IMG/VR virus record: IMGVR_UViG_3300017746_000061
Span: 1 to 34,135 of that record
Source: a virus
Lineage: Duplodnaviria; Caudoviricetes
Length of the DNA stretch: 34,135 nt
Reading direction: 5' to 3' (one strand)
The translations under genes were made by a program, and so were the position numbers. Each line of letters starts with the position of its first letter. Position 1 is the stretch's first letter. The notes beneath the pieces are model-generated. The model was not told the DNA's origin. It did not search any database and saw nothing but the letters and a program-made list of their open reading frames with translations. Below are positions 1 through 7,986 of the stretch, piece by piece.

Positions 1-1452
1 CTTAACAACAGCCTCATCCCATTTGTTCTTAATCCAACCAGTGACGCTAAAATCGTCATCAGTGATTTCAAATCCAAACTTACTTGCAATCCATTTAAAA
101 GCATCGTTACCATATTGTTTTATTATGGTGACAGGGTTTAGTGTAAAGTTTTCGGGTACTTCAAATCCAAACTTACTTGCAATCCATTTAATACCAGCAG
201 TTGCAGGTGCCGTAACGATTTGACCAATGATCTCTAATACACTCATTCCCTTTTTATAGCCAAGGGCTGATAGTGCATCATCCAGAATAGATTTCATCAT
301 ACCACCAAATCCACCACCTTCTCCTTCATCACTGAATATAGCAAACTTAGACTTCACCCAATCCACGACATTTAGAATTGCAGTGAAAGGTGATTTAACC
401 ATTTTAGTTATCATCTCTGTAAACGAGAAGTCCTTAGCGGCTTGTAGTATCTTTCCACTTGTTGTTGATGTATCGTAGTTACCATCTGCATCAACTTCTG
501 CACCAGTAATCTTTCTTATGATCCAAAGGAATGCGCTTTTGATTAAGTCGAATGGTGCACCAATGAATGATCCAACCATTCCAGCGATACCATCACCAAA
601 TTTACCAAATGTGGTTGCTTCATCAGATGCCATGTATGCTTTCATACCATCAAATGCAGATATTAGAATACCAATAGGCCATAAGAGCTTGCCCATGAGT
701 TTGACAAATGCCCCACCTTTACCTAGGAAATTCTTACCAAAGTTTACAACCTTAGCTCCTGCTCCACTAAACCAAGCACCAATAGCACTAGACATTTTGG
801 TTATGGGTCTAAATATACTGTTTATTCTAACACCAAGCCTAGCCATAATACTTTTAGGTTTGATCTTTCCATCATCTCCCTGTACGGATATAGGTTTACC
901 ATCAACACCAAGACCAAAGATCTTAAAATACTTCTGTTGTAGATTAGAGAACCATGTATTCATCCTATTATTTAATTGGGTAGTTAATGGTGTTGCAAGA
1001 CTTCTTTTACCGTCAACAGCTTTTCCTAACTTAGGATCTAGACCTAGCTTATTGAAGAACTTGGCTCTTAGGTTAATGAACTTTTGATCTAATGCCTTAC
1101 TGAAGCCACCAAACTTATCCAATGATTTAATTGCTTTTAGTTCCCATCCACGGAACCCTGCCAGTGCCGCACCTAATGCAGTAAATCCAGCGATGAATGC
1201 ACCTAAAGGTCCTACAAGTCTACCCAATGCCAAGAAACCCAGACTAGTATTATCTTTACCAGTATCTTTTCTTCTTGCACGTTCTACAGACTCAGGTTTA
1301 GCTTTTTTACGTTCTCTCTTCTCTTCTAGAGCATCAAGACGTGCACGTTCTTGAGCTTTGAACCATGCTTCAAAGTTCTTAGCCATTCGCTCGTCACGTG
1401 CTTGACCTTTCTGTAGGGTTTTAACTACATCATTGAGAGTGGTATCAGCCAT
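1..1452 (-). CDS. Probable tail tape-measure protein (gp29-like), 3' end runs off the window
   Basis: Not in ORF track. ATG at 1452 reads MADTTLNDVVKTLQKGQARDERMAK... and stays open to base 1 (484 codons by manual translation). Charged helical N-terminus, then Gly/Ala/Phe-rich amphipathic segments with spaced Trp. Lies downstream of gp26/gp51-like genes. Confidence 0.7.
   Translation of the reverse strand, partial: MADTTLNDVVKTLQKGQARDERMAKNFEAWFKAQERARLDALEEKRERKKAKPESVERARRKDTGKDNTSLGFLALGRLVGPLGAFIAGFTALGAALAGFRGWELKAIKSLDKFGGFSKALDQKFINLRAKFFNKLGLDPKLGKAVDGKRSLATPLTTQLNNRMNTWFSNLQQKYFKIFGLGVDGKPISVQGDDGKIKPKSIMARLGVRINSIFRPITKMSSAIGAWFSGAGAKVVNFGKNFLGKGGAFVKLMGKLLWPIGILISAFDGMKAYMASDEATTFGKFGDGIAGMVGSFIGAPFDLIKSAFLWIIRKITGAEVDADGNYDTSTTSGKILQAAKDFSFTEMITKMVKSPFTAILNVVDWVKSKFAIFSDEGEGGGFGGMMKSILDDALSALGYKKGMSVLEIIGQIVTAPATAGIKWIASKFGFEVPENFTLNPVTIIKQYGNDAFKWIASKFGFEITDDDFSVTGWIKNKWDEAVVK
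67..191. repeat. 32-bp exact direct repeat (67-98 and 160-191) inside the tape-measure gene
   Basis: ttcaaatccaaacttacttgcaatccatttaa occurs twice, 93 nt apart; encodes KWIASKFGFE on the minus strand. Confidence 0.9.
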
Positions 1453-1633
1453 TTCTTTGTCTCTTTCGTTCTTCTTCTTGTTCTTTTATGTGTTCAGCAA
1501 GCATAGTAATGTACACTTCCTTCTCCCATGGTATTAATCCGTCTATCTCATTCAAACTATAATTGTGATGTTGCATCAGTGCAAAGTTGTTCTTATAGTA
1601 ATTAAGTATACTATTATGAGATAGACATACTAG
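1445..1633 (-). CDS. gp51: gp51-like baseplate hub assembly protein frame (-1 frame relative to gp26; first ATG only at 1576)
   Basis: Manual translation LVCLSHNSILNYYKNNFALMQHHNYSLNEIDGLIPWEKEVYITMLAEHIKEQEEERKRQRNG*, matching the NF.LMQHH.YSL.E....PWE..Y pattern of small gp51-like proteins in marine T4-like phages. Stop overlaps the tape-measure ATG. Confidence 0.75.
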   Translation of the reverse strand, partial: LVCLSHNSILNYYKNNFALMQHHNYSLNEIDGLIPWEKEVYITMLAEHIKEQEEERKRQRNG

Positions 1634-2340
1634 AAAAAATCTTGCATACCTTCCAGTGTATACTCGTTATGTTTACCACACTCAATACAATCAAAATCAA
1701 TGTCATGCTTCAGTGTAGGCATTCCTTCAATAAAGTCTTTAATGGATGAGAAGTTATCAGAAGTCATGGACATCACGAATTCATCCTTTTCCTTTGCACT
1801 TTCCTCAGAGAACTTAATCCTATCATCATCAGTACATACGTAAGAGATACAATGCTTGATCATAGAGAATGTTGCTTCTGCTCCACCCTCAATAACAGTA
1901 GCATCTGATGCAATAGTTTTATAACGAGGCCACTGCAATTCAAGTGTAACTCCACTGCCAATGTCAACAGTTCCCTTTTGAGATGTCATATCACCCTTAA
2001 CACCCACATCATCCATTGGAATAACCACAGGGTTTTTAGCCTTACAGTGCGTACATTCTAATTCGATCTTAGCAGTCTCACCGACTGATTTAGCTCTTAA
2101 CTTAGTGAATAGGTATTCGATGTCAAACGTTGTTAGCGCATTGGTATCGATTTCTCCTAGTACACATGCTTCTAGAGTGTCAACTATAGCTGACAGAATC
2201 TGCGACTGATCTTGACTCTCCATGGCAATTAGAAGAACCTTTTCTTCCTTAACCAAGAATGGTCTAATTCTGATAACAACACCACTGGATGGGATAGTCA
2301 ATTCATATTTGGGTTGGTCGTTTAGTTTAGGTAAAGCCAT
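1630..2340 (-). CDS. gp26: Baseplate hub subunit / assembly chaperone gp26
   Basis: MALPKL..PKYELTIPS, RPFLVKEEKVLLIAMES, FDIEYLF.KLRAKSVGE, two CxxC pairs, C-terminal LEGMQDFF. Start moved to ATG 2340, which has a GGAG Shine-Dalgarno. Confidence 0.9.
   Translation of the reverse strand: MALPKLNDQPKYELTIPSSGVVIRIRPFLVKEEKVLLIAMESQDQSQILSAIVDTLEACVLGEIDTNALTTFDIEYLFTKLRAKSVGETAKIELECTHCKAKNPVVIPMDDVGVKGDMTSQKGTVDIGSGVTLELQWPRYKTIASDATVIEGGAEATFSMIKHCISYVCTDDDRIKFSEESAKEKDEFVMSMTSDNFSSIKDFIEGMPTLKHDIDFDCIECGKHNEYTLEGMQDFF
1633..1639 (-). other. Candidate -1 ribosomal frameshift heptamer T TTT TTC
   Basis: X XXY YYZ heptamer in the correct phase in the last codons of gp26 (GAT TTT TTC TAG); the -1 frame continues into the gp51-like sequence. 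Confidence 0.7.
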
Positions 2341-2354
2341 AATAACTCCATTGT

Positions 2355-3002
2355 TTAGGTAGATACCCAATCATCATAAGAAAATTGGACATTAATTTCA
2401 AGCAAACCATTTTGCTCATTGTTTAGTTGTAAAGCATTCATAGTAGTTGGGAATGCGTTTATCAATTTACACTTGTACACTTCAACAGCAGGTGTTATGG
2501 CACCCTTTCTTGTCTTAGTTATATCAAGATCAAATCTTAAATTGTCATTGATGTCAAAACCAATGTTAGTCTTTTTGGAAATATCTGCGGTCTCCGCACC
2601 TTTCCTGTATTGTATAATTTCAATATCATGAGTATAAGTGTTCTTATATCTTAGCTCTTTTCTTTCAAAATCGATTATCTGATTGTGCCAGTTTTCAAAG
2701 TATCTCTTTGCACTATAATCGTTCATAAGATGAAACGTCATATTCACGTCTTCGTATGCATATGAGTAAGCAACCTTACGGTTTGCCATACCGATAACAC
2801 GTTCTTGTGTTAGGATCTGTCTGCCTGGTAGGTTTACATCTTTACACATCAAGTTTAGATCACGAATATCTTCAGCATTGCTTCTTCGGTCTGTAACTCT
2901 TGATATGGTATTAGGTGCAGGAAGGATTACTCTAAACTGGTTTGCTAGTGCAAATCCACCTTTTTTAGAGATCATTGCCTTCATTTCATCTACTTGAAAC
3001 AT
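2355..3002 (-). CDS. gp54: Baseplate tail-tube initiator (gp54-like, gp19 tube fold)
   Basis: GGFA.ANQFRV, C.DVNLPGR, YFENW, AFPT and V.FSY motifs of the tube family; position after gp2. Confidence 0.7.
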   Translation of the reverse strand: MFQVDEMKAMISKKGGFALANQFRVILPAPNTISRVTDRRSNAEDIRDLNLMCKDVNLPGRQILTQERVIGMANRKVAYSYAYEDVNMTFHLMNDYSAKRYFENWHNQIIDFERKELRYKNTYTHDIEIIQYRKGAETADISKKTNIGFDINDNLRFDLDITKTRKGAITPAVEVYKCKLINAFPTTMNALQLNNEQNGLLEINVQFSYDDWVST

Positions 3003-3589
3003 TAGATCATTTTCCTTGACTGTCTATACACTTGAGATTGTGATGCTTTCTTCCACTGTGCCATTGGTAAGAATGTAGCAATCTCCCACTCTGCGGCTGG
3101 TACTTTAGCCAAACGAGTTTTGACGTGTGCTGTCAAATAATGCTTGAGTGTAGGTTTGAATGCTTTATATTTAGCAGATCCTTTAATCAAATCATAAGAT
3201 AACATTAGTTTAGTTCTGTTGTTGTACTTATCATTGTTTGCTAGATCTAACAAAGCACTTAATAGTTTGGCACGTAATAGTGGGGGTAGGTAATGAAGGT
3301 TTAAACCCATAAAACCACCTGGAGCATCACCAAGAACAAATATCAGAGGGAATTGGTCATAGTAAGGTAAGGTGTCTTTATGCTTAGGGTCGTAGAAGAA
3401 CATATACATGTTACCCACAACACTATCTCTGGTCAACCTAACCTGTTCGGCTTGCATTAAGCCTTCTCTATTAACGTTACGCATTTGTGAAGCACGTCTA
3501 CGAAACCATGCACGGCTTTCTTCAGTCCGTGGAGTAATACCTGCACGGAATGCTTCTATCTCTAACTTGTCGAATAAGTTCTTGCTCAT
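3002..3589 (-). CDS. gp2: DNA end protector protein gp2
   Basis: MFFYDPKHKDTLPYYDQFPL, GLNLHYLPP, K.YL..HV, W..A.FLP motifs. Confidence 0.92.
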   Translation of the reverse strand: MSKNLFDKLEIEAFRAGITPRTEESRAWFRRRASQMRNVNREGLMQAEQVRLTRDSVVGNMYMFFYDPKHKDTLPYYDQFPLIFVLGDAPGGFMGLNLHYLPPLLRAKLLSALLDLANNDKYNNRTKLMLSYDLIKGSAKYKAFKPTLKHYLTAHVKTRLAKVPAAEWEIATFLPMAQWKKASQSQVYRQSRKMI

Positions 3590-3594
3590 GATGT

Positions 3595-3602
3595 TATTTA
3601 TA
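3595..3602 (-). promoter_or_regulatory. T4-type late promoter TATAAATA upstream of gp2
   Basis: Exact consensus on the minus strand, between the gp4 stop and the gp2 start. Confidence 0.8.
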
Positions 3603-4121
3603 CTACTTTTTAGTCTTCTTCTTGACCTTTAGAGGTTTTAATGGTTTAAAGGCAACCTTAGCAGACTTCAATGGTTTAGTTCTCTTAGGCATAAGACCCA
3701 TCTTCTCTAATGTGTGCTCAGTCCAGATCTGAAAACCCCAATCCCTATCCTTGGCATACTTCTTAGCAGTATCCCATTTGTTTTGGTTTTTAATGTATGT
3801 TAAGCTCTCGTTAATATAACGTTTAGTCTTTTTGCCCTTATATTCTGGTGGTCTCGTCTCTTTGTCAGGCTTTATCTCAATAAGATCTACAGATCCATCT
3901 TTCCAAGTGATCTTAAGATCCATAAAATACCTATGCATACGTTTATCAACTTCATATAGGTATGGAATAACTACTTCTTCACTTGACCAAGACTTCACCA
4001 AAGGGCTATCATCACACCATTTAAAGCATCTCAACTCCCAACCAGACCTATAGACTATCTGTGTCCAATCACCTTTATACTTAGATTTGTTTTTAGGTTT
4101 GAATTTTCCACTATGCGCCAT
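3603..4121 (-). CDS. gp4: Head completion protein gp4 (TnsA-like PD-(D/E)xK nuclease fold)
   Basis: GKFKPKN..KY.GD...I.YRS.WE, WSSEE..IPY, HRYFMD, IEIKP, NQ.KW..A motifs; Lys-rich tail. Confidence 0.92.
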   Translation of the reverse strand: MAHSGKFKPKNKSKYKGDWTQIVYRSGWELRCFKWCDDSPLVKSWSSEEVVIPYLYEVDKRMHRYFMDLKITWKDGSVDLIEIKPDKETRPPEYKGKKTKRYINESLTYIKNQNKWDTAKKYAKDRDWGFQIWTEHTLEKMGLMPKRTKPLKSAKVAFKPLKPLKVKKKTKK

Positions 4122-4130
4122 GTTTTGCCT

Positions 4131-4138
4131 TATAAATA
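4131..4138 (+). promoter_or_regulatory. T4-type late promoter TATAAATA upstream of gp48
   Basis: Exact consensus in the gp4/gp48 divergent spacer. Confidence 0.85.
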
Positions 4139-4153
4139 ATAACGATACACTTC

Positions 4154-4161
4154 TATTTATT
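4154..4161 (-). promoter_or_regulatory. Variant late promoter AATAAATA upstream of gp4
   Basis: 7/8 match on the minus strand, mirror position to the gp48 promoter. Confidence 0.6.
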
Positions 4162-4172
4162 AAGGTTTTACA

Positions 4173-5147
4173 ATGGAACTTAAGAACACATATGCGTTTC
4201 CAATCGACAACGATGGGATAAATGATGGAGAATATCCAGGTATTATCTCGTTTAGACCAAGAATTATTGCCCCTTTGGATATATCTTCATTCATTAGTGC
4301 GGCAAATGCTGAGATTAGTAGGCAAGAATCGGCAGTAAGAAATGCCGCAAATCAAGCGGTAAGTGGTGAAAGACTAAATCCCGGTCAGAGAGAAAATCAA
4401 TTTCCGCCTATTCAATCTGGTGTTGTTACTACAGCAATCAAAAGAACTGATCGTGGTAAACCCGGCGACTGGCAAATTCAGTTAAGACTTCCAGCTGGTC
4501 AAAACTTCAATGATACTATTAGCTATCAAAACGCAGACCTTGGTGTTATTGGTGGTGGTGCAGAGAAGGCAGTTAGTACGGCTGGAAACTTAGTTGCTTT
4601 GGGTGCGGCGGCAGTAGGGAACGCAGGTCAAGGATTTATCGATGGTCTTTTAGGTGGAATAGGAAGTGAGAGTGGATCTTTAGCGGCTTTAAGAGTTGCT
4701 TCGAAAGTAAATAGTCAGGCGGCGGCTGGTATATCATCTGCGTCACGTGTTGCATTAAATCCTAATAGTCGTACACTATTTCAAAGTGTGGCGGCTCGTT
4801 CACACTCATTTACATTCAAGTTGGTGCCTAATAGTGCGGCAGAAGTAGAACGTATCAAAGAAATAATTAAGAAGTTCAGAGTAGCAATGTATCCAGATGA
4901 AATTGGTGTTGGTGAAATTGCTGTTGGTTATAAGTTCCCAGATCCTTTTGACATTACCATGACATACAAAGGTGAGACTGTGTTTACTAAGATATTAACA
5001 TCGTTTCTAACAAATTGTCAGGTTACTTATAATAGTGCTGGACAGGGCTTCTATGAAGATGGTGGGTTTACTGATGCTCAGATTACTCTATCATTTACAG
5101 AGTTGCGTCCACTTAATAAACAAGACATTGTGCAAGAGGGTAGATAA
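4173..5147 (+). CDS. gp48: Baseplate tail-tube cap gp48
   Basis: NP....LFQ.V..R..SFTFKL.P....E...IKEII..FR..MYP and C-terminal LSFTE.RPL motifs. Confidence 0.88.
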   Translation: MELKNTYAFPIDNDGINDGEYPGIISFRPRIIAPLDISSFISAANAEISRQESAVRNAANQAVSGERLNPGQRENQFPPIQSGVVTTAIKRTDRGKPGDWQIQLRLPAGQNFNDTISYQNADLGVIGGGAEKAVSTAGNLVALGAAAVGNAGQGFIDGLLGGIGSESGSLAALRVASKVNSQAAAGISSASRVALNPNSRTLFQSVAARSHSFTFKLVPNSAAEVERIKEIIKKFRVAMYPDEIGVGEIAVGYKFPDPFDITMTYKGETVFTKILTSFLTNCQVTYNSAGQGFYEDGGFTDAQITLSFTELRPLNKQDIVQEGR

Positions 5148-5873
5148 ATGTATTTTAAGAACTTCCAAAAGACTTTATACAACTTTGGCACAAATGAGGC
5201 AAGTGTTGTAATCCAAGACTTTACTAGACATGCAGTCTTAACACAAGAAGCACGTGATGATGTAACAATATACGAAACTTATACAATCCTACAAGATGAG
5301 AGACCAGATACTTTATCATATAAACTCTATGGTACATCAGAGTATTACTGGACATTCTTCCTAGTTAACAATAAGATCACTGAAAGTGGTTGGCCTTTGG
5401 GTAGAAATGCTTTATTTAACTTGGCTAAGAAGAACTATCCTCATAGAGCAATACGAACAACTACAGACATTGGAGAAACTAACTTCAAAAAGGGTGTTGT
5501 TGCTACTGGATCTCAGTCTGGTTCTACAGGTGTCATAAAAGAAGTTCTATTAGACACAGGAACTGTTATCATAGATACACCAGACAACTTTAATGTGGGA
5601 GAGAATGTCAACGTAGGATCTGGTGGTGATGTTCAAACATGTATTGTAACTGCCGATAGTACACAATATGATGCAGTACACCACTACGAAAATTCTGACA
5701 AAGAGTATGTAGATATAGATCCTCACAATCCAAATATAACTGGTCTTGTTGCTAAAACAAATATAGAAAGACTGATTGACTTTAATGATGACTTATCGAA
5801 TATCAAAATTATCAATCCTAAGATGGTTCAAAGAGTTGCCACACAGTTTATATCAGAACTAAAAGGTAGTTAA
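5148..5873 (+). CDS. gp53: Baseplate wedge protein gp53
   Basis: MYFKNF start, ERPDTLSYKLYG...YYW LysM-like motif, WPL, VHHYE. Confidence 0.9.
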   Translation: MYFKNFQKTLYNFGTNEASVVIQDFTRHAVLTQEARDDVTIYETYTILQDERPDTLSYKLYGTSEYYWTFFLVNNKITESGWPLGRNALFNLAKKNYPHRAIRTTTDIGETNFKKGVVATGSQSGSTGVIKEVLLDTGTVIIDTPDNFNVGENVNVGSGGDVQTCIVTADSTQYDAVHHYENSDKEYVDIDPHNPNITGLVAKTNIERLIDFNDDLSNIKIINPKMVQRVATQFISELKGS

Positions 5874-5875
5874 TT

Positions 5876-7123
5876 ATGTCCGATACAACGGCAAGCCATT
5901 ATACCTATAAGAAGGCAACAATCATAAATGAGAAGAGTTCTCAAGAGATTGATGTGTCAAAAGTTATTGGTGAATTAATTCTTGTTGAGAACATTAGAAG
6001 TCTTGGCGTATCTGGAAATATCCTTATAGTCGATAATGCTAATTTGTTTTCACAATCAAACTTTAGTGGTACGGAGATACTTGAGTTAGAGATATACAAT
6101 CACGTACAGGATAAGACTATTAAGAAACGTTTTGTCATGTATAAAACAGATTCTATTACAGTTGTGAATGATACAACTATGACATATGTATTCTCACTAA
6201 TGTCTGAGCATGTGTTTAAAAATCACCTCAAAGTTATTAGTAAATCGTTTGACGGAACGCCATTACAAATCGTAAAAAGGATATTAGACGGTGAGATGGG
6301 TGTTAGATTAAACACCACAGAACTAAACACTCAAGAACCTATTCAACAATCTATGAGTATTGTTACTCCTTACATAACACCAATATCAGCAATCACTTGG
6401 GTTATGAATAGCTTAACAACACAAGAAGGTTTTCCATACTTTCTATACGGATCTGTAAAATCAGATGATATCTTTATAACTAATCTAGGAGACATGTTGG
6501 GTGCAGAACCTCTATTCAACACACCCTTTGTTAAATCTAATGGTATAGCAAGTAATAATAATCCAGCAGTGTCAGTATTCACAATAGAAGATATTAGTTA
6601 TGATAACAATAATTCTACTTTGTATAATGTTATCAATGGTTCTGTTGGAGCAAAGTATGAAGTATTAGATACCTTATATGGAAATAGATCTGAAAATCCT
6701 CAGTTTAGGCTCAGTGAAGCTCTTCCAAATACCAAGTTGATAGACACAGAGTTTTCCATTGATGATAAACGAATAGTCGATTATGAATCTAACTTCATAT
6801 TTAATGTTGTTGCTCCTTCTCAAATTGGAGAAAATGGTTATGGATATGATGAAGATGTAAATAAACTAAAGTCTAATATCAAACGTAAGAGCGTTTTAAA
6901 AGCTTTGAATAATAACACGGCGACTATGCAAGTTACTGGAACATTGTTTATGGAATTAGATAAGCCTACAGTAGGTGGTAAGATCAAGATTGAAGTCACT
7001 TCCATGGTGGGTGATGAAACAGTTCTTGATGAACAAAAGTCTGGAGAGTTTATTATTTCATCTATTAGGCATTCTTTCTTTGATGAGAAGCATAGAGTAA
7101 CTTTAGGAGTTTCTAAATTATGA
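5876..7123 (+). CDS. Probable baseplate hub protein (gp27-like)
   Basis: 415 aa between gp53 and gp5; N-terminal E.I....SG...I.D and C-terminal SG.F.IS.IRH.F pattern typical of hub proteins. Mainly synteny. Confidence 0.6.
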   Translation: MSDTTASHYTYKKATIINEKSSQEIDVSKVIGELILVENIRSLGVSGNILIVDNANLFSQSNFSGTEILELEIYNHVQDKTIKKRFVMYKTDSITVVNDTTMTYVFSLMSEHVFKNHLKVISKSFDGTPLQIVKRILDGEMGVRLNTTELNTQEPIQQSMSIVTPYITPISAITWVMNSLTTQEGFPYFLYGSVKSDDIFITNLGDMLGAEPLFNTPFVKSNGIASNNNPAVSVFTIEDISYDNNNSTLYNVINGSVGAKYEVLDTLYGNRSENPQFRLSEALPNTKLIDTEFSIDDKRIVDYESNFIFNVVAPSQIGENGYGYDEDVNKLKSNIKRKSVLKALNNNTATMQVTGTLFMELDKPTVGGKIKIEVTSMVGDETVLDEQKSGEFIISSIRHSFFDEKHRVTLGVSKL

Positions 7124-7986
7124 GTTTTAAACCTATACAAACAAACTTTTACGGTGATATTCATAGATGGTTTATCGGCATAGTTGTCGATATTCAAGAT
7201 CCTCTTAGAGTTGGTAGAGTTCGAGTACGCATCTTTGGTGTACATAATGAGGATGTAAATGAAGTCCCAGAACATACGTTACCATGGGCGCAAGTTCTGG
7301 TACCAACAACCGAAGAAGGTGTATCTGGTTTGGGTAGATCTGTAGGACTTAAAGTTGGTGCGCAAGTCTTTGGTATGTTTATGGATGGTGAGCAATCTCA
7401 AATTCCTATGGTAATGGGATCTATGCCTAGAATAGAACAAGGAGTAGTGGAGAATGCACAAGAGCCAGATCCAGTTGTTAGATCCGCCCCACACCCATCT
7501 GGTGGTATTCCAAGAAATACGGTAAGTACTAATACTGTTGTAGGATCTAATAATTCAGAAAAGGCATTTAACTTCTTTATTGCTAATGGGTTCACTCCTA
7601 TTCAGTCTGCGGCTATCATTGGAAATCTTATTCAAGAATCTAATATGGATCCGGGTGTTACGTCTTCCTTTACTGGCGAGAGTTCGTTTGGTATTGCTCA
7701 ATGGAATCCAGATGCTGGTAGGTTACAGCAACTAGAAACTTATGCTTTAGATCGTGGACTAGATATAGGAACAATAGAAACACAGTTAGCATTTTTATTA
7801 TATGATTTCTCTACATTATCTCCTAGGTTTTGGGGATATAACCAATTTAAACAGATGACAAATCTTAAAACGGCTACAGAGTTCTTCTGTGACAAGTATG
7901 AAAGACCAGCGGCGGCATTCGCACACAAAGATCAAAGAGTAGAACACGCTAGACAAGTTTTGGAGACATATAATAATGGCAATTAA
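7120..7986 (+). CDS. gp5: gp5 N-terminal OB-fold fused to a phage tail lysozyme domain
   Basis: WFIG.V.D..DPL..GRVRVRIFG.H, LPWA, G..VFG.FMDGE..Q.P (gp5 OB fold); C-half AAIIGNLIQES...FGIAQWN...R...F...YERP (tail lysozyme, catalytic Glu). Confidence 0.85.
   Translation: MSFKPIQTNFYGDIHRWFIGIVVDIQDPLRVGRVRVRIFGVHNEDVNEVPEHTLPWAQVLVPTTEEGVSGLGRSVGLKVGAQVFGMFMDGEQSQIPMVMGSMPRIEQGVVENAQEPDPVVRSAPHPSGGIPRNTVSTNTVVGSNNSEKAFNFFIANGFTPIQSAAIIGNLIQESNMDPGVTSSFTGESSFGIAQWNPDAGRLQQLETYALDRGLDIGTIETQLAFLLYDFSTLSPRFWGYNQFKQMTNLKTATEFFCDKYERPAAAFAHKDQRVEHARQVLETYNNGN

Noticed and set aside
518-1087. 189 aa plus-strand ORF (and 23-223)
   Set aside because: Antisense shadow of the longer minus-strand tape-measure-like frame.
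1576-1632. TAG read-through or recoded stop at the end of gp26
   Set aside because: The zero frame after TAG gives YVYLIIVYLITIRTTLH* with no recognisable similarity, and other genes show no internal TAG; the -1 frame carries the gp51-like sequence.
3603-4121. TnsA-like nuclease as transposase or homing endonuclease
   Set aside because: Motifs and position next to gp2 and gp48 match the core T4 gp4 head completion gene; no mobile-element ends seen.
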